Position numbers and translations under genes: made by a program
DNA from: a virus
DNA length: 64,000 nt
Strand: one strand, 5' to 3'
Virus record (IMG/VR): IMGVR_UViG_3300023177_000002
The notes under the pieces: generated by a model
Told to the model about the DNA's origin: nothing
Seen by the model: the letters and a program-made list of their open reading frames with translations, nothing else
Database searches by the model: none
In this document: positions 56,092 to 64,000 of the stretch, in pieces
How positions within the stretch are numbered: the stretch's first letter is position 1
Layout of the letters: each line of letters opens with the position of its first letter

Positions 56092-58464
56092 ATGCTATCA
56101 GCATCAAAAATAAAATGTCATGTATATCTTGAAAATGTAGAAATTGATTTTTCAAATATACATATAATCGAACAAATCGGAACACCACCAACCGCTATCA
56201 TAAATGTGGTTCCTATAAAAAATATCTTTAATATTTTACCGAAGACTATTTGTGTTATAACCTTGGAAGAAATTAAAAGTTATAAAGATGGAATACCTGT
56301 ATATGAAGAAGTGGTTATATTTTTTGGTGAATACACTGATAACGGGCTGAATCGTACAGCGACCTCATCCGAAGTGCAGTTAACATTTACTGGATTTACA
56401 GGTAATTGGGATACAAATCCGATAGTACCGATAGATGCTACTATCCCAACGGCAGCTGAATCCGTTATGCTCGGTATAAATTATTTTACTAATACTGGGG
56501 CAGATGGAAAGGGGATATATTATAGTAAGTTTCCTTCACTATTACTTAGTCTTGTGAACTTTATGGATACAACCAAAGACGACAAAACTATAAAAGATTA
56601 TGAACAAGTTTTAGGCTCGACAAATAGTCGTAATAAATTAATGGCAGGTTTAAAAGCATATTGGAAAAATAATCCGCCGGAGGGGCCGGATTTTAAATTT
56701 CACCGCGGTACAAAATTGCGTGCAAGAATTGCACTAGTTATAAATCACTTTTTGTTTAAGTATGGCCCGTTTTTAAATGGCTTGATGCAAAGTTTATTAT
56801 TTGATTCAATGATAAATTATATCGGGTCTGGCACTATGGAAAATCTTGCAAAGAGTACTGCCGTGCTAGCATATCTAAAAGAACGTATACGTGGTATCGC
56901 AAGTTCAGGATCAATGCCTGTTTCATCAGCTATCCGAAAAATTTTAGAGCCGTTTAAATATACTTTTCAGGAATTTGCGGCGCCGGTTCTAACAATCGAT
57001 GCTTTAAGCGACATTGCTGAATTAACTTTGTCTAAAGTTATTGTTGCACCAGAATGTAATCTGTTGGCGCCCATATCCAATAATGTATTTTTCGATGATG
57101 ACGTCGAAACAATACAAATGAATCGTTCTTGGAGAAATGAACCAACTAGATTGATTTATACTTCCAATACAATTCCAACCAAAGACGAAAGCGGCAACAT
57201 CATTATAAATGCTATGTTGGCTATTATTGTGCCAGCAAAAATACTGGTCAGTGATGTAATAAATAAACTTTCAAAGTTAACTGCGTCTTCAAGAAAAGCG
57301 TTGCGAGAAGGCGCCGTGAAATCTGAAGAATCCGAACGTTGGGTTGTGGATACATTTGACAAATATATAAAATCTTTTAAAAACCAGAAAACTATTGGAT
57401 TAGCGAGCACTGAAAATGAGCAAATTAAAACTTTGTCACAAAATAAAACTATATCTAATGATAATGCCGTATTAAATAAAGATGTTATTGATATATTAAA
57501 ATACACCAATGAAGAGGCAATGCGTGGTGTCGTGTCATTGGTGGAAAAAGATGATAGCGCTTTAGAACAAGCATTCCTATTGAATGCGGTAAAAGATTCG
57601 TTATCTACCGAAGTTGAATCTCCTGCAGCAATTTCTTCTGATAAAAATTTCGAAAAGATAGATACAGATAAAAAATTATTTGATCGCATGAATATGGGTA
57701 ATGGTTCTGAAGCATTAATGAATTATAAAATGCAACTTGCTGAAACTATTTACGTAGAGAAGCGTCGTATAGGCAGAACCGCTGCTTTGCGTGTTACTTT
57801 TTCGCCATATCGAGTGTGTGGTGCACAATCGTTATTATTGTTAAAAGACTTTGGTCCACTCACTGGTGTAATTACTACAAATATTATAAATATCAGTGCG
57901 CAAGGAGAAGCAGTACAAAATATAAATTTATCACACGTATCTTGTGTTGATACATCTCTACCGACAGAAAGTTACGCCGATTTCCTTGATCCATATAAAG
58001 ACATATTGCCACCGACATTATCTGAATTTAATGTTAAAGAAGTTGGTGGAAGGTTATACGTGTATTTGACTGGACGCTCAGATAGTTCAGTTTATGATTA
58101 TTGTGTTAATAATTTACAATTAAACGCTAGGGGCGAAGATATAGATCCACTTTCTACAAGTAAATGCGCCGCAAAATTACAAGAAAAATACAATGTTATA
58201 AAAGATACGGCGACCCTAAAAAAGTTCACAGATGATTTGACATATCGACGATTAGCTACGTTAAAAGAATTAATGTCTGGATTATCAAATGCAGTAGATA
58301 AACTAACCGCTAGATCACTATGTGACTCCGCAGGAAAACCTTACTTCGTAGGGCAAGTTGACATGGATTCTCCTAGACCTTTTATACGAGAACGACAAAA
58401 CATGATATTAAATATTTTTAAAGCTACAAACCCGGCCGTAGCTGTTTGGAAAGGATTAGAATAA
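56092..58464 (+). CDS. putative tail/baseplate structural protein (790 aa)
   Basis: position in structural module. Confidence 0.35.
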   Translation: MLSASKIKCHVYLENVEIDFSNIHIIEQIGTPPTAIINVVPIKNIFNILPKTICVITLEEIKSYKDGIPVYEEVVIFFGEYTDNGLNRTATSSEVQLTFTGFTGNWDTNPIVPIDATIPTAAESVMLGINYFTNTGADGKGIYYSKFPSLLLSLVNFMDTTKDDKTIKDYEQVLGSTNSRNKLMAGLKAYWKNNPPEGPDFKFHRGTKLRARIALVINHFLFKYGPFLNGLMQSLLFDSMINYIGSGTMENLAKSTAVLAYLKERIRGIASSGSMPVSSAIRKILEPFKYTFQEFAAPVLTIDALSDIAELTLSKVIVAPECNLLAPISNNVFFDDDVETIQMNRSWRNEPTRLIYTSNTIPTKDESGNIIINAMLAIIVPAKILVSDVINKLSKLTASSRKALREGAVKSEESERWVVDTFDKYIKSFKNQKTIGLASTENEQIKTLSQNKTISNDNAVLNKDVIDILKYTNEEAMRGVVSLVEKDDSALEQAFLLNAVKDSLSTEVESPAAISSDKNFEKIDTDKKLFDRMNMGNGSEALMNYKMQLAETIYVEKRRIGRTAALRVTFSPYRVCGAQSLLLLKDFGPLTGVITTNIINISAQGEAVQNINLSHVSCVDTSLPTESYADFLDPYKDILPPTLSEFNVKEVGGRLYVYLTGRSDSSVYDYCVNNLQLNARGEDIDPLSTSKCAAKLQEKYNVIKDTATLKKFTDDLTYRRLATLKELMSGLSNAVDKLTARSLCDSAGKPYFVGQVDMDSPRPFIRERQNMILNIFKATNPAVAVWKGLE

Positions 58465-59432
58465 TGCCATTATTTTATATACCTGCGGTAATTAGTAATA
58501 CTTATTCAAAAGTTACTGCTACCGGTGGTTCACTTAATAGTATAATGACTGTACCCGAAAAAAGTCAGGTTACTCCAGATGCAGACGATGCTTTAACGAT
58601 TTCAACAGAACAAAATGAAAAATCTCATACAATAAATTTATCGGAGATAAAACAACCGGCAGTTATATCAATATTTAATGCTACTGATCGTCGTATTAAA
58701 TATATGACTAAAAATTTCTTTCTGCAAAGTATAACAAAACCTAAATTGGAGCGATTTCAAATAATTGAGACATTTCGAGAATCGAAATTATTTTTCTTCG
58801 GCGAGCGTACTAAGGTATATACAATTCAAGGTATGCTTATTGAGGCATTAGACTCAAGTTATACAAATGACAACATATACGGTGAATTAATGGCGGTCGA
58901 ATTGGGCTTGGCCGATGTCGACAGAATGTTTTCTTTGCGTACTCGCGATCAGTATCGTTGGTCTACCTCATTTCAAATGTTTTACGATGAGCAGTTGCGC
59001 GGTACAAAACTAGTGGAACAGAATAATATAGCAGGCTTGTTTTTTGAACGGTCATCAATTATTGGTTATCCGGTACAATTACAATTAACTAGAGATACCA
59101 ATAATCAGTATTTGGTACAGTTTCAAATGACTTGGGCTGTAATGGAAGAAAACTTTTATAACGCTTATGTTCGTAATCAGTATACTCCAGGAATAGCAAC
59201 ATCGAAGACTTTAAAAACAACTTTGAATAATTTATTAAAGATATACAATGATTTAGTTGCTCAGGTAACGGAAGCCGAAGCTAAACTAATTACTGAAAAG
59301 CGCGAGGCAGCGATAGGCATCGAAGCAGGAACAGGTATGACAGATGATAAACTAGATAAGTTGAAGAAAGACCGGGATGCAGCATATTCTGCATATTTGA
59401 ATGAATATAGAAAAGCACTAAAAAATGAGTAA
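58446..59432 (+). CDS. putative structural protein (328 aa)
   Basis: position in structural module. Confidence 0.35.
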   Translation: MERIRIMPLFYIPAVISNTYSKVTATGGSLNSIMTVPEKSQVTPDADDALTISTEQNEKSHTINLSEIKQPAVISIFNATDRRIKYMTKNFFLQSITKPKLERFQIIETFRESKLFFFGERTKVYTIQGMLIEALDSSYTNDNIYGELMAVELGLADVDRMFSLRTRDQYRWSTSFQMFYDEQLRGTKLVEQNNIAGLFFERSSIIGYPVQLQLTRDTNNQYLVQFQMTWAVMEENFYNAYVRNQYTPGIATSKTLKTTLNNLLKIYNDLVAQVTEAEAKLITEKREAAIGIEAGTGMTDDKLDKLKKDRDAAYSAYLNEYRKALKNE

Positions 59433-60135
59433 TAATTTAAAACAAAACGAGATAGCAATTTGGAAGCGATGGAAGCATACAGGTGATCCTCAATTCGCCA
59501 ATCAGTTGTTGCGTTCAATGGATCCATTTTTACAATCATATGTAAATAAATATACTGGTGCGCCGTTACCTAGACCCGCAATTGAAAGCCAGGCACGTAT
59601 TTTGGCTTTAAAGGCGTTTAGCACCTTTAAGCCGACGATGGGTACGCAATTAAATACGCATGTTGGTCATGAGTTAAAGCATTTACATAGATATGTGCTT
59701 GAGTATCAAAACGTTGGAAAAATACCCGAAAACCGAGGTATAGCCATAAGTAAATTTAAAAATATAAAGGCCAACTTAACCGAATCACTAAATCGTGAGC
59801 CAACAGTAATAGAACTGGCCGATGAACTACAGTGGTCGCCTGCAGAAGTAGAACGTATGCAGGCTGAATTACGCGCCGACTTAAACGTCATACAAGGTAA
59901 GGAAGAGGCGTTCTTTGATAGTCAATTGAATATGACAGATTCAAGTAGAGACCTCGTAGAATTTGTATATTGGAGTAGTACCCCCGAAGAACAAAAAGTC
60001 ATAGAGTATTGGTTTGGAATAGGTGGGGCCCCGAAGTTAAACTTACAACAAATATCACGTAAGTTACATAAAACTGAAGAAGAGATTAGAACAATAAGCA
60101 AAAGAATAGCACAACGTGTTAAGGAAAGTATGTAA
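59425..60135 (+). CDS. sigma-70 family sigma factor-like protein
   Basis: region 2-like QLLRSMDPFLQSYVNKY and region 4 HTH-like LNLQQISRKLHKTEEEIRTISKRIAQRV. Confidence 0.45.
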   Translation: MSNNLKQNEIAIWKRWKHTGDPQFANQLLRSMDPFLQSYVNKYTGAPLPRPAIESQARILALKAFSTFKPTMGTQLNTHVGHELKHLHRYVLEYQNVGKIPENRGIAISKFKNIKANLTESLNREPTVIELADELQWSPAEVERMQAELRADLNVIQGKEEAFFDSQLNMTDSSRDLVEFVYWSSTPEEQKVIEYWFGIGGAPKLNLQQISRKLHKTEEEIRTISKRIAQRVKESM

Positions 60136-62042
60136 TGGCATCATTTGTGTGCCCTCCGACTACTTCGGAGGATATATTAAAGAAAGTAAAAGCCTCAAAG
60201 GAAGCTAGTGTTGCAGGTGCATTTGCTGGCACTGGAATACCTGCACTGGATTCAATTATATCGGGATTATCTGATACTATCGGAGGATTAACTTCCGCAG
60301 GTATACAAACCGCTGTGACACAAATGCAAGAAGCCGCACAAGAAAAATTAGGCGCATTTGCATCTAGTGCTTTGGCCGGCCTAGTTTCTATTTTGAATCT
60401 ATCCGCGGAAGCCGAATCAGTCTCTTTTGGGATGACCTTGGATTCCCTGAAAAGGCAGGTCGCATTACGATTATTATCACTAAATGAAATATTATATCAT
60501 ACGGACGGCGCATTAAATATATTACGAAGATTATCAAAACCATATATAAAATCAGTTAACACTCAATTAAAATACGCTTATCCCTTTATCAAAAAAGCAT
60601 TGGAGGATTTAAACGTAATACAAAAAAGTTTATCTTCAGAAAAACCACGTTTTAATACATCATTACTGAGGCAAGTAATTTATAATATCGACGTAGCTAT
60701 TGGAATTATAACCGGGGATCGATCACGCAAATTAGGACAAAAGTTTTTTAACGATATACTTACAAAAAAGAAAAGTGTCGGACAGGCCTTTAAAGATGTT
60801 ATATTAGAAGGTGTAGTTGCTGAGCATATAATGCTGGCTGAAGCATATATTTGGCATCTAACACAATTAGCAATCATAACCTCTGGCGCAAGTATCCTTG
60901 GTGTTGAAATAAAAGGTATCGATTTAACATTTGGGAAGTCCATCCCCGGCGTTGCAAAAGACCGCAATACAATATTAATACAACGACAACAACAATACAA
61001 CACGTTAAAAACACAATGGAGTAAAGATATACCGAAAGAAAATTCATTTTTGCAAACTTTATCTTGGATCGATACAAATAAGGGATTGGTTGCCACTCAC
61101 GCTGTAATAAAAAAGCAGGTGGAATTAATTAAAAATTGGACGCTCAATTGGTCAACACTAAAGACTTCTGCTAAAGTACTATGGTATTCTTTGAGTCCAG
61201 CCAAGTCAATAATCGAAGAAGTAGAAGCTAGTGTTGCAAAACATCTGAAAGAAGTAGGAGATAGTGCTGCGGCAGGAACACTAACAAACGCCATTGCCAA
61301 ACCAGTTTTATTTAAAGCATGGACAGTTACTAAATTAGAAGGTGCAAAACAATTATTAGCACAACAAACCGAAGCGGGCGAAGCTTTTAACGCGGTGGCC
61401 AGTGATTTCTATATAATAGAAAAAATACAAACATATTTAAATTCCACTGCGTATCAAAAGTATGATGAGGAAGCTATAGATAGCTTGTTAAAGCTCTCAT
61501 TAGTTATTACAGGATTCGCTGTCACTGCACCGTTAAATAAAGCAGTATTACGTAGAGCTGTTGTGTTATTTACTGAAGTGCGGGCATTATTGTTACGCGC
61601 TATCGCCGAAGATACATATCTATTGTCTTTGTTAAAACAATTAAATATATTAAATAATCCGCTGGTTTCTGCGGTTACAAAAGCATTATCACAATTAGCA
61701 CAGCAAAGTCCATTTGGCGCCGCGTTAGTAACTGGTTTGGTATCCGGCCAAACTGCTAATCTGGCAAATACATTAAGTAGCGTTGCAACGGCTATGATTG
61801 AAACGGCGTCCGGTGCAATAAATAATGTAAACAATCTATTTAAAAAAATAACTGGTGATTGTAATCATGCTAATAATAAATCTGGGCTAACAAATGCTAA
61901 AGTTGACGAAGAAGCGAAGATTCAAGGTAAACAAGTTGAACAAACAGCCAAGGCTGACGAAAACAAACCGCCAGATACCGCGCCTTGGTGGGAAGGAACT
62001 GGCGACGCAACATCAGACTTTTTTATGGGGCTGGCTTTATGA
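60135..62042 (+). CDS. hypothetical Ala-rich structural protein (635 aa)
   Basis: ORF in structural module. Confidence 0.35.
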   Translation: MASFVCPPTTSEDILKKVKASKEASVAGAFAGTGIPALDSIISGLSDTIGGLTSAGIQTAVTQMQEAAQEKLGAFASSALAGLVSILNLSAEAESVSFGMTLDSLKRQVALRLLSLNEILYHTDGALNILRRLSKPYIKSVNTQLKYAYPFIKKALEDLNVIQKSLSSEKPRFNTSLLRQVIYNIDVAIGIITGDRSRKLGQKFFNDILTKKKSVGQAFKDVILEGVVAEHIMLAEAYIWHLTQLAIITSGASILGVEIKGIDLTFGKSIPGVAKDRNTILIQRQQQYNTLKTQWSKDIPKENSFLQTLSWIDTNKGLVATHAVIKKQVELIKNWTLNWSTLKTSAKVLWYSLSPAKSIIEEVEASVAKHLKEVGDSAAAGTLTNAIAKPVLFKAWTVTKLEGAKQLLAQQTEAGEAFNAVASDFYIIEKIQTYLNSTAYQKYDEEAIDSLLKLSLVITGFAVTAPLNKAVLRRAVVLFTEVRALLLRAIAEDTYLLSLLKQLNILNNPLVSAVTKALSQLAQQSPFGAALVTGLVSGQTANLANTLSSVATAMIETASGAINNVNNLFKKITGDCNHANNKSGLTNAKVDEEAKIQGKQVEQTAKADENKPPDTAPWWEGTGDATSDFFMGLAL

Positions 62043-62539
62043 GTGCATATAATGAAATTTTTAAATCATCTGACACTGGACTAACTTTTGAATTAACTGA
62101 GAATTTACCAACCTCGACCAAAGGTGTAAGTATGTCCATAGTCAGTGTCGATGAAAATACAGGTGAAATTTCGTTGACTTTTGGTGCGGCACCGAAAAAA
62201 TCTACTGGTGTGCAAGTTTTATTAGATAAAATAACTCTTGCACTACTTACGACTTTTGGGGAAAGCTTATTTAATCCTGGTATGGGCTCTTTAATTACGC
62301 AGATAAAAGTCCAAAATACTTCTGATACATTAGAACTACATGTTCGAGTGACATCAGCGTTAGCATCGGTAAAAAAACAAATATTAGAAGCACAAGCCGG
62401 TCAAACATTAGCAGCTAATCAACTACTAGTAGATTTACAATTAAGTGATATCTATTTAGATCCAACAGATAGTACAACAGTGCTGGTTGAGGTCATTGTG
62501 GTAACAGAAAGTAATGAAGAATATATATTAACGGTGTAA
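62039..62539 (+). CDS. baseplate wedge protein, gp25/GpW-like
   Basis: LLTTFGESLFNPGMG resembles GpW/gp25 GExxxxPxxG signature; start set to MSAYNEIF. Confidence 0.45.
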   Translation: MSAYNEIFKSSDTGLTFELTENLPTSTKGVSMSIVSVDENTGEISLTFGAAPKKSTGVQVLLDKITLALLTTFGESLFNPGMGSLITQIKVQNTSDTLELHVRVTSALASVKKQILEAQAGQTLAANQLLVDLQLSDIYLDPTDSTTVLVEVIVVTESNEEYILTV

Positions 62540-62540
62540 T

Positions 62541-63893
62541 ATGTTAACAACAAGAGAATACATAAAAATAATTTTAAAAGCTAAACTGCCAAATCTAGAT
62601 GTATCAGATAATTCTCCACTGTCTGAATTATTTGTGAATCCAGCTGCGGCCATGATGGACCCGGTACTTACTCAATTAAAATATTTATTAGATAATTTGG
62701 GATTGAAAGACCCAGAGAAGATCAACCCCGACGAACTAGATGCTATCGGCAGTAATTTTTTAGTTTACCGCAGACAAGCGATTCCATCCACTGGTTATGT
62801 AGAAATGTTTTATGATATCGCACAAAACATATCGATCCCAATTGGTACAACTTTTACTGCATTGGATAGTCGTATATATGCAACGACAAAAACATTTACT
62901 ATATCTGAAGGAACCATGAATGCCAATTTATGGCGATTCCCCTTATATTCCACTGGATTGATTCCCGTAGTAGCTACATATGACACATTGGGAACACCAC
63001 TTGATCCAAATTCTATTACATCAACTGATTTTGCTATTGAACCGTCGCAGATAACGAACCCAGTAGCGTTTGCCGCCGGGATATTAGCAGAGACAAATAC
63101 TGAATATGCCGAAAGATTAATAAACGCCGTAATGAACCGAAGTCTTGCCAGCGAACAGAGTTTTAATAATCTTATTACTGAAAATTTTCCGTCAGTATAT
63201 GAAACAGTAGTTATTGGTGCAGGCGATGATCGTATGGTACGTGACTTACATTATTCAGGGGTTGAATCATTGGAAAATTATTATTTGGTTGACTATAGGG
63301 GAAAGATCAGCGTCACAGATTTTTATATTTCTGCCTCTGGAGGATATTACATAAGAACAAGCGGTTTGTTTGATTCGGTACCATCATTTGATGAATATCC
63401 GTATACTCAAAGTAAAGCATATTGGACGTTATTTTATGATGACCCCACCACGTCAGGATTAGTACCCGATATGCCTATACCAGATGAATATATAACACAA
63501 TTTACTACTGCGCAGTATGCAAATATTTATTATTTAAAAGATGCTTATAAGACAACCTTACAGACAACATTATTATTGCAAGATCCTTTTGTTGGCGGAG
63601 CTTTGGATCCGAAGTGGATTGCGGGAGACGCATATGTTGGCACAAGCTCGTTGTGGAATGCTTATGAAATTGCTGCCACTGATGATGGTGTAAGACTTGG
63701 ATACATTCCAGCTGCGGCGGTTTTAGAACAAACTCCTATCCCTGTTAGCAAACGATTTATGACTTTGATAAAAAATGTTATTAATTTGGCACTTACTCAA
63801 AATCCATCTTATGCATCAATGATAGATCAAAACGCATTATCTACCAATTTACTAGATGCGTTGGGAATAGAAAATAAATTCACAGAGGATTAA
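62541..63893 (+). CDS. baseplate J-like protein
   Basis: 450-aa ORF directly after gp25-like gene, conserved order W-J. Confidence 0.4.
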   Translation: MLTTREYIKIILKAKLPNLDVSDNSPLSELFVNPAAAMMDPVLTQLKYLLDNLGLKDPEKINPDELDAIGSNFLVYRRQAIPSTGYVEMFYDIAQNISIPIGTTFTALDSRIYATTKTFTISEGTMNANLWRFPLYSTGLIPVVATYDTLGTPLDPNSITSTDFAIEPSQITNPVAFAAGILAETNTEYAERLINAVMNRSLASEQSFNNLITENFPSVYETVVIGAGDDRMVRDLHYSGVESLENYYLVDYRGKISVTDFYISASGGYYIRTSGLFDSVPSFDEYPYTQSKAYWTLFYDDPTTSGLVPDMPIPDEYITQFTTAQYANIYYLKDAYKTTLQTTLLLQDPFVGGALDPKWIAGDAYVGTSSLWNAYEIAATDDGVRLGYIPAAAVLEQTPIPVSKRFMTLIKNVINLALTQNPSYASMIDQNALSTNLLDALGIENKFTED

Positions 63894-63895
63894 AT

Positions 63896-64000
63896 ATGCA
63901 AGAACAATTACAATTAATACAGGATACAATTTCAAATATTAACACTATGTTAAGTACACCAAAAGCGGAAAATTATTTGCCGATATTACACACGCCGCTA
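63896..64000 (+). CDS. hypothetical protein (partial, continues past window end)
   Basis: ATG 63896 MQEQLQLIQDTISNINTMLS... Confidence 0.3.
   Translation, partial: MQEQLQLIQDTISNINTMLSTPKAENYLPILHTPL

Noticed and set aside
1-64000. Stop-codon reassignment (TAG or TGA recoding) suggested by the RF homolog and the CUA tRNA-like element
   Set aside because: All long genes, including the 923-aa and 790-aa structural proteins, are intact under the standard code. No UCA or UUA anticodon tRNA was found, and the CUA element is structurally weak.

Overview
This AT-rich window (roughly one-third GC by eye) reads as one contiguous segment of a large virulent-type phage genome. No integrase, rRNA or CRISPR is present. 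Positions 1-52474 are almost entirely minus-strand genes, and 52585-64000 is a plus-strand tail/baseplate module driven by a sigma70-like promoter at 52537-52565.

The dominant feature is a dispersed array of about 37 minus-strand tRNA genes between 432 and 36587. None encodes a CCA end, and every tRNA was found by manual cloverleaf reading. The array carries multiple isoacceptors, including Leu x5, Arg x4 and Thr x3.

Interleaved with the tRNAs is a translation-support toolkit:
- an RF1-like class I release factor that lacks domain 1 and needs a prfB-style +1 frameshift at CUU UGA G (34091-34757);
- a PTH2-type peptidyl-tRNA hydrolase;
- peptide deformylase;
- a CCA-adding-enzyme head domain plus a second CCA/HD-like protein;
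- a SpoU tRNA 2'-O-methyltransferase;
- an ATP-dependent ligase;
- a cold-shock protein and an sHSP;
- a (p)ppGpp hydrolase next to a metallophosphatase.

There are also NAD+ salvage genes (NAMPT, NMNAT, NADAR), and nucleotide metabolism genes (class II RNR, dUTPase, dCMP deaminase). A recombination module carries a Sak4-like ATPase, a DEDD exonuclease and an MBL-fold nuclease. Two LAGLIDADG homing endonucleases are present, one of them splitting a helicase gene. An ABC importer is encoded whose substrate-binding protein is fused to an OmpA-like domain.

The most unusual candidates are:
- an apparently circularly permuted (split) Phe-like tRNA gene at 21833-22012, with its 3' half upstream of its 5' half;
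- the frameshifted release factor;
- an 860-nt ORF-free, GC-enriched structured RNA region at 6348-7210. It contains a tmRNA-like tRNA-like 3' end, a tag-like mini reading frame, and a tRNA-like element with an anticodon-like CUA loop;
- a tail-chaperone -1 frameshift site upstream of the tape-measure gene.

All functional calls are motif-level inferences from reading the six-frame translations; no database search was possible.
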